A stretch of DNA of 64,000 nt from the human T2T-CHM13v2.0 reference genome, Homo sapiens, in NCBI RefSeq assembly GCF_009914755.1, contig NC_060925.1; one strand, written 5' to 3'. The notes under the pieces are model-generated. The model saw only the letters and a program-made list of their open reading frames with translations, searched no databases and was not told the DNA's origin. The stretch's first letter is position 1, and every line of letters begins with the position of its first letter. Below are positions 51,101-63,280 of the stretch, piece after piece. The translations under genes were made by a program, and so were the position numbers.

Positions 51101-51245
51101 CAGAGTTTAACCTTTCTTTTCATAGAGCAGTTAGGAAACACTTTGCTTGTAAAGTCTGCAAGTGGATATTCAGACGTCTTTGAGGCCTTCGTTGGAAACG
51201 GGATTTCTTCATATTCTGCTAGACAGAAGAATTCTCAGTAACTTC
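48190..51245 (+). repeat. Run of 9 consecutive A-type dimers
   Basis: A dimers at 340-bp steps from 48227 to 50947. Confidence 0.85.
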
Positions 51246-53624
51246 CTTGTGTTGTGTGTATTCAACTGACAGAGTTGAACTTTCATTTAGAGAGAGCGGA
51301 TTTGAAACACTGTTTTTGTGGAATTTGCAAGTGGAGATTTCAAGCGCTTTGGGGCCAAAGGCAGAAAAGGAAATATCTTCGTATAAAAACTAGACAGAAT
51401 CATTCTCAGAAACTGCTGCGTGATGTGTGCGTTCAACTCTCAGAGTTTAACTTTTCTTTTCATTCAGCGGTTTGGAAACACTCTGTTTGTAAAGTCTGCA
51501 CGTGGATATTTTGACCACTTAGAGACCTTCGTTGGAAACGGGTTTTTTTCATGTAAGGCTAGACAGAAGAATTCCCAGTAACTTCCTTGTGTTGTGTGCA
51601 TTCAACTCACAGAGTTGAACGTTCCCTTAGACAGAGCCGATTTGAAACACTCTATTTGTGCAATTGGCAAGTGTAGATTTCAAGCGCTTTAAGGTCAACG
51701 GCAGAAAAGGAAATATCTTCGTTTCAAAACTAGACAGAATCATTCCCACAAACTGCGTTGTGATGTGTTCGTTCAACTCACAGAGTTTAACATTTCTGTT
51801 CATAGAGCAGTTAGGAAACACTCTGTTTGTAAAGTCTGTAAGTGGATATTCTGACATCTTGTGGCCTTCGTTGGAAACGGGATTTCTTCATATTCTGCTA
51901 GACAGAAGAATTCACAGTAACTTCCTTGTGTTGTGTGTATTCAACTCACAGAGTTGAACGATCCTTTACACACAGCAGACTTGAAACACTCTTTTTGTGT
52001 AATTTGCAAGTGGAGATTTCAGCCGCTTTGAGGTCAATGGTAAAAAAGGAAACTATCTTCGTATAAAGATTAGACAGAATGATTCTCAGAAACTCCTTTG
52101 TGATGTGTGTGTTCAACTCACAGAGTTTAACTTTTCTTTTCATAGAGCAGTTAGGAAACACTCTGTTTGTAAAGTCTGCAAGTGGATATTCAGACCTCTT
52201 TGAGGCCTTCGTTGGAAACGGGATTTCTTCATATTATGCTAGACAGAATAATTCTCAGTAACTTCCTTGTGTTGTGTGTATTCAACTCACAGAGTTGAAC
52301 GATCCTTTACACAGAGCAGACTTGAAACACTCTTTTTGTGGAATTTGCAAGTGGAGATTTCAGCCGCTTTGAGGTCAATGGTAGAATAGGAAATATCTTC
52401 CTATAGAAACTAGACAGAATGATTCTCAGAAACTCCTTTGTGATGTGTGCGTTCAACTCACAGAGTTTAACCTTTCTTTTCATAGAGCAGTTAGGAAACA
52501 CTCTGTTTGTAAACTCTGCAAGTGGATATTCAGACCTCCTTGAGGCCTTCGTTGGAAACGGGATTTCTTCATATTCTGCTAGACAGAAGAATTCTCAGTA
52601 ACTTCCTTGTGTTGTGTGTATTCAACTCACAGAGTTGAACGATCCTTTACACAGAGCAGACTTGAAAAACTCTTTTCGTGGAATTTGCAAGTGGAGATTT
52701 CAGCCGCTTTGAGGTCAATGGTAGAAAAGGAAATATCTTCGTATAAAGACTAGACAGAATGATTCTCAGAAACTCCTTTGTGATGTGTGCGTTCAACTAA
52801 CAGAGTTTAACCTTTCTTTTCATAGAGCAGTTAGGAAACACTCTGTTTGTAAAGTCTGCAAGTGGATATTCAGACCTCCTTGAGTCCTTTGTTGGCAACA
52901 GGATTTCTTCCTATTCTGCTAGACAGAAGAATTTTCAGTAACTTCCTTGTGTTGTGTGTATTCAACTCACAGAGTTGAACTTTCATTTAGAGAGAGCAGA
53001 TTTGAAACACTGTTTTTGTGGAATTTGCAAGTGGAGATTTCAAGCGCTTTGGGGCCAAAGGCAGAAAAGGAAATATCTTCGTATAAAAACTAGACAGAAT
53101 CATTCTCAGAAACTGCTGCGTGATGTGTGCGTTCAACTCTCAGAGTTTAACTTTTCTTTTCATTCAGCGGTTTGGAAACACTCTGTAAAGTCTGCACGTG
53201 GATATTTTGACCACTTAGAGGCCTTCGTTGGAAACGGTTTTTTTTTATGTAAGGCTAGACAGAAGAATTCCCAGTAACTTCCTTGTGTTGTGTGCATTCA
53301 ACTCACAGAGTTGAACGTTCCCTTAGACGGAGCAGATTTGAAACACTCTATTTGTGCAATTTGCAAGTGTAGATTTCAAGCGCTTTAAGGTCAATGGCAG
53401 AAAAGGAAATATCTTCGTTTCAAAACTAGAGAGAATCATTCCCACAAACTGCGTTGTGATGTGTTCGTTCAACTCACAGAGTTTAACCTTTCTGTTCATA
53501 GAGCAGTTAGGAAACACTCTGTTTGTAAAGTCTGTAAGTGGATATTCTGACATCTTGTGGCCTTCGTTGGAAACGGGATTTCTTCATATTCTGCTAGACA
53601 GAAGAATTCTCAGTAACTTCCTTG

Positions 53625-56600
53625 TGTTGTGTGTATTCAACTCACAGAGTTGAACGATCCTTTACACAGAGCAGACTTGAAACACTCTTTTTGTGGAATT
53701 TGCAAGTGGAGATTTCAGCCGCTTTGAGGTCAATGTTAGAAAAGGAAATATCTTCGTATAAAGACCAGACAGAATGATTCTCAGAAACTCCTTTGTGATG
53801 TGTGCGTTCAACTCACAGAGTTTAACTTTTCTTTTCATAGAGCAGTTAGGAAACACTCTGTTTGTAAAGTCTGCAAGTGGATATTCAGACCTCTTTGAGG
53901 CCTTCGTTGGAAACGGGATTTCTTCATATTATGCTAGACAGAATAATTCTCAGTAACTTCCTTGTGTTGTGTGTATTCAACTCACAGAGTTGAACGATCC
54001 TTTACAGAGAGCAGACTTGAAACACTCTTTTTGTGGAATTTGCAAGTGGAGATTTCAGCCGCATTGAGGTCAATGGTAGAAAAGGAAATATCTTCGTATA
54101 AAGACTAGACAGAATGATTCTCAGAAACTCCTTTGTGATGTGTGCGTTCAACTCACAGAGTTTAACCTTTCTTTTCATAGAGCAGTTAGGAAACACTCTG
54201 TGTGTAAAGTCTGCAAGTGGATATTCAGACCTCCTTGAGGCCTTCGTTGGAAACGGGATTTCTTCATATTCTGCTAGACAGAAGAATTCTCAGTAACTTC
54301 CTTGTGTTGTGTGTATTCACCTCACAGAGTTGAACGATCCTTTACACAGAGCAGACTTGAAACACTCTTTTTGTGGAATTTGCAAGTGGAGATTTCAGCC
54401 GCTTTGAGGTCAATGGTAGAAAAGGAAACTATCTTCGTATACAGACTAGACAGAATGATTCTCAGAAAATCCTTTGTGATGTGTGCGTTCAACTCACAGA
54501 GTTTAACTTTTCTTTTCATGGAGCAGTTAGGAAACACTCTGTTTGTAAAGTCTGCAAGTGGATATTCAGACCTCTTTGAGGCCTTCGTTGGAAACGGGAT
54601 TTCTTCATATTATGCTAGACAGAATAATTCTCAGTAACTTCCTTGTGTTGTGTGTATTCAACTCACAGAGTTGAACGATCCTTTACAGAGAGCAGACTTG
54701 AAACACTCTTTTTGTGGAATTTGCAAGTGGAGATTTCAGCCGCTTTGAGGTCAATGGTAGAATAGGAAATTTCTTCCTATAGAAACTAGACAGAATGATT
54801 CTCAGAAACTCCTTTGGGATGTGTGCGTTCAACTCACAGAGTTTAACCTTTCTTTTCATAGAGCAGTTAGGAAACACTCTGTTTGTAAAGTCTGCAAGTG
54901 GATATTCAGACCTCTTTGAGGCCTTCGTTGGAAACGGGATTTCTTCATATTCTGCTAGACAGAAGAATTCTCAGTAACTTCCTTGTGTTGTGTGTATTCA
55001 ACTCACAGAGTTGAACGATCCTTTACACAGAGCAGACTTGAAACACTCTTTTTGTGGAATTTGCAAGTGGAGATTTCAGCCGCTTTGAGGTCAATGGTAG
55101 AATAGGAAATATCTTCCAATAGAAACTAGACAGAATGATTCTCATAAACTCCTTTGTGATGTGTGCATTCAAATCACAGAGTTTCACCTTTCTTTTCATA
55201 GAGCAGTTAGGAAACACTCTGTTTGTAAAGTCTGCAAGTGGATATTCAGACCTCCTTGAGGCCTTTGTTGGAAACGGGATTTCTTCATATTCTGCTAGAC
55301 AGAGGAATTCTCAGTAACTTCCTTGTGTTGTGTGTATTCAACTCACAGAGTTGAACGATCCTTTACACAGAGCAGACTTGAAACACTCTTTTTGTGGAAT
55401 TTGCAAGTGGAGATTTCAGCCGCTTTGAGGTCAATGGTAGAAAAGGAAATATCTTCGTATAAAGCCGAGACAGAATGATTCTCAGAAACTCCTTCGTGAT
55501 GTGTGTGTTCAACTCACAGAGTTTAACTTTTCTTTTCATAGAGCAGTTAGGAAACACTCTGTAAAGTCTGCAAGTGGATATTCAGACCTCTTTGAGGCCT
55601 TCGTTGGAAACGGGATTTCTTCATATTATGCTAGACAGAATAATTCTCAGTAACTTCCTTGTGTTCTGTGTATTCAACTCACAGAGTTGAACGATCCTTT
55701 ACAGAGAGCAGACTTGAAACACTCTTTTTGTGGAATTTGCAAGTGGAGATTTCAGCCGCTTTGAGGTCAATGGTAGAAAAGGAAATATCTTCGTATAAAG
55801 ACTAGACAGAATGATTCTCAGAAACTCCTTTGTGATGTGTGCGTTCAACTCACAGAGTTTAACTTTTCTTTTCATAGAGCAGTTAGGAAACACTCTGTTT
55901 GTAAAGTCTGCAAGTGGATATTCAGACCTCTTTGAGGCCTTCGTTGGAAACGGGATTTCTTCATATTCTGCTAGACAGAAGAATTCTCAGTAACTTCCTT
56001 GTGTTGTGTGTATTCAACTCACAGAGTTGAACGATCCTTTACAGAGAGCAGACTTGAAACACTCTTTTTGTGGAATTTGCAAGTGGAGATTTCAGAGGCT
56101 TTTGAGGTCAATGGTAGAACAGGAAATATCTTCCTATAGAAACTAGACAGAATGATTCTCATAAACTCCTTTGTGATGTGTGCGTTCAACTCACAGAGTT
56201 TAACCTTTCTTTTCATAGAGCAGTTAGGAAACACTCTGTTTGTAAAGTCTGCAAGTGGATATTCAGACCTCTTTGAGACCTTCGTTGGAAACGGGATTTC
56301 TTCATATTCTGCTAGACAGAAGAATTCTCAGTAACTTCCTTGTGTTGTGTGTATTGAACTCACAGAGTTGAACGATCCTTTACACAGAGCAGACTTGAAT
56401 CACTCTTTTTGTGGAATTTGCAAGTGGAGATTTCAGCCGCTTTGAGGTCAATAGTAGAAAAGGAAATATCTTCGTAGAAAAACTAGACAGAATGATTCTC
56501 AGAAACTCCTTTGTGATGTGTGTGTTCAACTCACAGAGTTTAACCTTTCTTTTCATAGAGCAGTTAGTAAACACTCTGTTTATAAAGTCTGCAAGTGGAT

Positions 56601-56680
56601 ATTCAGACCCCTTTGAGGCCTTCGTTGGAAACGGGATTTCTTCATATTATGCTAGACAGAAGAATTCTCAGTAACTTCCT
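53625..56680 (+). repeat. Run of 9 consecutive A-type dimers
   Basis: A dimers from 53662 to 56380, including two +1 and one -4 indel copies. Confidence 0.85.
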
Positions 56681-56686
56681 TGTGTT

Positions 56687-58724
56687 GTGTGTATTCAACT
56701 GACAGAGTTGAACTTTCATTTAGAGAGAGCAGATTTGAAACACTGTTTTTGTGGAATTTGCAAGTGGAGATTTCAAGCGCTTTGGGGCCAAAGGCAGAAA
56801 AGGAAATATCTTCGTATAAAAACTAGACAGAATCATTCTCAGAAACTGCTGTGTGATGTGTGCGTTCAACTCTCAGAGTTTAACTTTTCTTTTCATTCAG
56901 CGGTTTGAAAACACTCTGTTTGTAAAGTCTGCACGTGGATATTTTGACCACTTAGAGGCCTTCGTTGGAAACGGGTTTTTTTCATGTAAGGCTAGACAGA
57001 AGAATTCCCAGTAACTTCCTTGTGTTGTGTGCATTCAACTCACAGAGTTGAACGTTCCCTTAGACAGAGCAGATTTGAAACACTGTATTTGTGCAATTTG
57101 CAAGTGTAGATTTCAAGCGCTTTAAGGTCAATGACAGAAAAGGAAATATCTTCGTTTCAAAACTAGACAGAATCATTCCCACAAACTGCGTTGTGATGTG
57201 TTCGTTCAACTCACAGAGTTTAACCTTTCTGTTCATAGAGCAGTTAGGAAACACTCTGTTTGTAATGTCTGTAAGTGGATATTCTGACATCCTGTGGCCT
57301 TCGTTGGAAACGGGATTTCTTCATATTCTGCTAGACAGAAGAATTCTCAGTAACTTCCTTGTGTTGTGTGTATTCAACTCACAGAGTTGAACGATCCTTT
57401 ACACAGAGCAGACTTGAAACACTCTTTTTGTGGAATTTGCAAGTGGAGATTTCAGCCGCTTTGAGGTCAATGGTAGAAAAGGAAATATCTTCGTATAAAG
57501 ACTAGACAGAATGATTCTCAGAAACTCCTTTGTGATGTGTGCGTTCAACTCACAGAGTTTAACCTTTCTTTTCATAGAGCAGTTAGGAAACACTCTGTTT
57601 GTAAAGTCTGCAAGTGGATATTCAGACCTCCTTGAGGCCTTCGTTGGAAACGGGATTTCTTCATATTCTGCTAGACAGAAGAATTCTCAGTAACTTCCTC
57701 GTGTTGTGTGTATTCAACTGACAGAGTTGAACTTTCATTTAGAGAGAGCAGATTTGAAACACTGTTTTTGTGGAATTTGCAAGTGGAGATTTCAAGCGCT
57801 TTGGGGCCAAAGGCAGAAAAGGAAATATCTTCGTATAAAAACTAGACAGAATCATTCTCAGAAACTGCTGTGTGATGTGTGCGTTCAACTCTCAGAGTTT
57901 AACTTTTCTTTTCATTCAGCGGTTTGGAAACACTCTGTTTGTAAAGTCTGCACGTGGATATTTTGACCACTTAGAGGCCTTCGTTGGAAACGGGTTTTTT
58001 TCATGTAAGGCTAGACAGAAGAATTCCCAGTAACTTCCTTGTGTTGTGTGCATTCAACTCACAGAGTTGAACGTTCCCTTAGACAGAGCAGATTTGAAAC
58101 ACTCTATTTGTGCAATTTGCAAGTGTAGATTTCAAGCGCTTTAAGGTCAATGACAGAAAAGGAAATATCTTCGTTTCAAAACTAGACAGAATCATTCCCA
58201 CAAACTGCGTTGGGATGTGTTCGTTCAACTCACAGAGTTTAACCTTTCTGTTCATAGAGCAGTTAGGAAACACTCTGTTTGTAAAGTCTGTAAGTGGATA
58301 TTCTGACATCTTGTGGCCTTCGTTGGAAACGGGATTTCTTCATATTCTGCTAGACAGAAGAATTCTCAGTAACTTCCTTGTGTTGTGTGCATTCAACTCA
58401 CAGAGTTGAACGATCCTTTACACAGAGCAGACTTGAAACACTCTTTTTGTGGAATTTGCAAGTGGAGATTTCTGCCGCTTTGAGGTCAATGGTAGAATAG
58501 GAAATATCTTAGTATAGAAACTAGACAGAATGATTCTCAGAAACTCCTTTGTGATGTGTGCGTTCAATTCACAGAGTTTAACCTTTCTTTTCATAGAGCA
58601 GTTAGGAAACACTCTGTTTATAAAGTCTGCAAGTGGATATTCAGACCCCTTTGTGGCCTTCGTTGGAAACGGGATTTCTTCATATTATGCTAGACAGAAG
58701 AATTCTCAGTAACTTCCTTGTGTT
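56687..58724 (+). repeat. Two consecutive canonical 1019-bp 6-mer HOR units (B-C-A)
   Basis: B-dimer markers at 56687, 57706 and 58725 are exactly 1019 bp apart. The two units share the variants ctgctgtgtgatg and caatgacag. Confidence 0.9.
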
Positions 58725-60559
58725 GTGTGTATTCAACTGACAGAGTTGAACTTTCATTTAGAGAGAGCAGATTTGAAACACTGTTTTTCTGGAATTTGCA
58801 AGTGGAGATTTCAAGCGCTTTGGGGCCAATGGCCGAAAAGGAAATATCTTCGTATAAAAACTAGACAGAATCATTCTCAGAAACTGCTGCGTGATGTGTG
58901 TGTTCAACTCTCAGAGTTTAACTTTTCTTTTCATTCAGCGGTTTGGAAACACTCTGTTTGTAAAGTCTGCACGTGGATATTTTGACCACTTAGAGGCCTT
59001 CGTTGGAAACGGGTTTTTTGCATGTAAGGCTAGACAGAAGAATTCCCAGTAACTTCCTTGTGTTGTGTGCATTCAACTCACAGAGTTGAACGTTCCCTTA
59101 CACAGAGCAGATTTGAAACACTCTATTTGTGCAATTTGCAAGTGGAGATTTCAAGCGCTTTAAGGTCAAAGGCAGAAAAGGAAATATCTTCGTTTCAAAA
59201 CTAGACAGAATCATTCCCACAAACTGCGTTGTGATGTGTTCGTTCAACTCACAGAGTTTAACCTTTCTGTTCATAGAGCAGTTAGGAAACACTCTGTTTG
59301 TAAAGTCTGTAAGTGGATATTCTGACATCTTGTGGCCTTCGTTGGAAACGGGATTTCTTCATATTATGCTAGACAGAAGAATTCTCAGTAACTTCCTTTT
59401 GTTGTCTGTATTCAACTCACAGAGTTGAACGATCCTTCACACAGAGCAGACTTGAAACACTCTTTTTGTGGAATTTGCAAGTGGAGATTTCAGCCGCTTT
59501 GAGGTCAATGGTACAAAAGGAAATATCTTCGTATAAAGACTAGACAGAATGATTCTCAGAAACTCCTTTGTGATGTGTGCGTTCAACTCACAGAGTTTAA
59601 CTTTTCTTTTCATAGAGCAGTTAGGAAACACTCTGTTTGTAAAGTCTGCAAGTGGATATTCAGACTTCTTTGAGGCCTTCGTTGGAAACGGGATTTCTTC
59701 ATATTCTGCTAGACAGAAGAATTCTCAGTAACTTCCTTGTGTTGTGTGTATTCAACTCACAGAGTTGAACGATCCTTTACAGAGAGCAGACTTGAAACAC
59801 TCTTTTTGTGGAATTTGCAAGTGGAGATTTCAGCCGCTTTGAGGTCAATGGTAGAATAGGAAATATCTTCCTATAGAAACTAGACAGAATGATTCTCAGA
59901 AAGTCCTTTGTGATGTGTGCGTTCAACTCACAGAGTTTAACCTTTCTTTTCATAGAGCAGTTAGGAAACACTCTGTGTGTAAAGTCTGCAAGTGGATATT
60001 CAGACCTCCTTGAGGCCTTCGTTGGAAACGGGATTTCTTCATATTCTGCTAGACAGAAGAATTCTCAGTAACTTCCTTGTGTTGTGTGTATTGAACTCAC
60101 AGAGTTGAACGATCCTTTACACAGAGCAGACTTGAAACACTCTTTTTGTGGAATTTGCAAGTGGAGATTTCAGCCGCTTTAAGGTCAATGGTAGAAAAGG
60201 AAATATCTTCGTAGAAAAACTAGACAGAATGATTCTCAGAAACTCCTTTGTGATGTGTGTGTTCAACTCACAGAGTTTAACCTTTCTTTTCATAGAGCAG
60301 TTAGGAAACACTCTGTTTGTAATGTCTGCAAGTGGATATTCAGACCTCTTTGAGGCCTTCGTTGGAAAAGGGATTTCTTCATATTATGCTAGACAGAATA
60401 ATTCTCAGTAACTTCCTTGTGTTGTGTGTATTCAACTCACAGAGTTGAACGATCCTTTACAGAGAGCAGACTTGAAACACTCTTTTTGTGGAATTTGCAA
60501 GTGGAGATTTCAGCCGCTTTGAGGTCAATGGTACAATAGGAAATATCTTCCTATAGAAA

Positions 60560-63280
60560 ATAGACAGAATGATTCTCATAAACTCCTTTGTGATGTGTGC
60601 GTTCAACTCACAGAGTTTAACCTTTCTTTTCATAGAGCAGTTAGGAAACACTTTGCTTGTAAAGTCTGCAAGTGGATATTCAGACCTCTTTGAGGCCTTC
60701 GTTGGAAACGGGATTTCTTCATATTCTGCTAGACAGAAGAATTCTCAGTAACTTCCTTGTGTTGTGTGTATTCAACTGACAGAGTTGAACTTTCATTTAG
60801 AGAGAGCGGATTTGAAACACTGTTTTTGTGGAATTTGCAAGTGGAGATTTCAAGCGCTTTGGGGCCAAAGGCAGAAAAGGAAATATCTTCGTATAAAAAC
60901 TAGACAGAATCATTCTCAGAAACTGCTGCGTGATGTGTGCGTTCAACTCTCAGAGTTTAACTTTTCTTTTCATTCAGCGGTTTGGAAACACTCTGTTTGT
61001 AAAGTCTGCACGTGGATATTTTGACCACTTAGAGACCTTCGTTGGAAACGGGTTTTTTTCATGTAAGGCTAGACAGAAGAATTCCCAGTAACTTCCTTGT
61101 GTTGTGTGCATTCAACTCACAGAGTTGAACGTTCCCTTAGACAGAGCCGATTTGAAACACTCTATTTGTGCAATTGGCAAGTGTAGATTTCAAGCGCTTT
61201 AAGGTCAACGGCAGAAAAGGAAATATCTTCGTTTCAAAACTAGACAGAATCATTCCCACAAACTGCGTTGTGATGTGTTCGTTCAACTCACAGAGTTTAA
61301 CATTTCTGTTCATAGAGCAGTTAGGAAACACTCTGTTTGTAAAGTCTGTAAGTGGATATTCTGACATCTTGTGGCCTTCGTTGGAAACGGGATTTCTTCA
61401 TATTCTGCTAGACAGAAGAATTCACAGTAACTTCCTTGTGTTGTGTGTATTCAACTCACAGAGTTGAACGATCCTTTACACACAGCAGACTTGAAACACT
61501 CTTTTTGTGTAATTTGCAAGTGGAGATTTCAGCCGCTTTGAGGTCAATGGTAAAAAAGGAAACTATCTTCGTATAAAGATTAGACAGAATGATTCTCAGA
61601 AACTCCTTTGTGATGTGTGTGTTCAACTCACAGAGTTTAACTTTTCTTTTCATAGAGCAGTTAGGAAACACTCTGTTTGTAAAGTCTGCAAGTGGATATT
61701 CAGACCTCTTTGAGGCCTTCGTTGGAAACGGGATTTCTTCATATTATGCTAGACAGAATAATTCTCAGTAACTTCCTTGTGTTGTGTGTATTCAACTCAC
61801 AGAGTTGAACGATCCTTTACACAGAGCAGACTTGAAACACTCTTTTTGTGGAATTTGCTAGTGGAGATTTCAGCCGCTTTGAGGTCAATGGTAGAATAGG
61901 AAATATCTTCCTATAGAAAATAGACAGAATGATTCTCATAAACTCCTTTGTGATGTGTGCGTTCAACTCACAGAGTTTAACCTTTCTTTTCATAGAGCAG
62001 TTAGGAAACACTTTGCTTGTAAAGTCTGCAAGTGGATATTCAGACCTCTTTGAGGCCTTCGTTGGAAACGGGATTTCTTCATATTCTGCTAGACAGAAGA
62101 ATTCTCAGTAACTTCCTTGTGTTGTGTGTATTCAACTGACAGAGTTGAACTTTCATTTAGAGAGAGCGGATTTGAAACACTGTTTTTGTGGAATTTGCAA
62201 GTGGAGATTTCAAGCGCTTTGGGGCCAAAGGCAGAAAAGGAAATATCTTCGTATAAAAACTAGACAGAATCATTCTCAGAAACTGCTGCGTGATGTGTGC
62301 GTTCAACTCTCAGAGTTTAACTTTTCTTTTCATTCAGCGGTTTGGAAACACTCTGTTTGTAAAGTCTGCACGTGGATATTTTGACCACTTAGAGACCTTC
62401 GTTGGAAACGGGTTTTTTTCATGTAAGGCTAGACAGAAGAATTCCCAGTAACTTCCTTGTGTTGTGTGCATTCAACTCACAGAGTTGAACGTTCCCTTAG
62501 ACAGAGCCGATTTGAAACACTCTATTTGTGCAATTGGCAAGTGTAGATTTCAAGCGCTTTAAGGTCAACGGCAGAAAAGGAAATATCTTCGTTTCAAAAC
62601 TAGACAGAATCATTCCCACAAACTGCGTTGTGATGTGTTCGTTCAACTCACAGAGTTTAACATTTCTGTTCATAGAGCAGTTAGGAAACACTCTGTTTGT
62701 AAAGTCTGTAAGTGGATATTCTGACATCTTGTGGCCTTCGTTGGAAACGGGATTTCTTCATATTCTGCTAGACAGAAGAATTCACAGTAACTTCCTTGTG
62801 TTGTGTGTATTCAACTCACAGAGTTGAACGATCCTTTACACACAGCAGACTTGAAACACTCTTTTTGTGTAATTTGCAAGTGGAGATTTCAGCCGCTTTG
62901 AGGTCAATGGTAAAAAAGGAAACTATCTTCGTATAAAGATTAGACAGAATGATTCTCAGAAACTCCTTTGTGATGTGTGTGTTCAACTCACAGAGTTTAA
63001 CTTTTCTTTTCATAGAGCAGTTAGGAAACACTCTGTTTGTAAAGTCTGCAAGTGGATATTCAGACCTCTTTGAGGCCTTCGTTGGAAACGGGATTTCTTC
63101 ATATTATGCTAGACAGAATAATTCTCAGTAACTTCCTTGTGTTGTGTGTATTCAACTCACAGAGTTGAACGATCCTTTACACAGAGCAGACTTGAAACAC
63201 TCTTTTTGTGGAATTTGCTAGTGGAGATTTCAGCCGCTTTGAGGTCAATGGTAGAATAGGAAATATCTTCCTATAGAAAC
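60560..63280 (+). repeat. Tandem duplication of a 1360-bp 8-mer (A-B-C-A)
   Basis: Offset of 1360 (60764/62124, 61137/62497, 61456/62816). Shared variants gagccgattt, aattcacag, ctttgcttg and aatttgctag. Confidence 0.92.
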
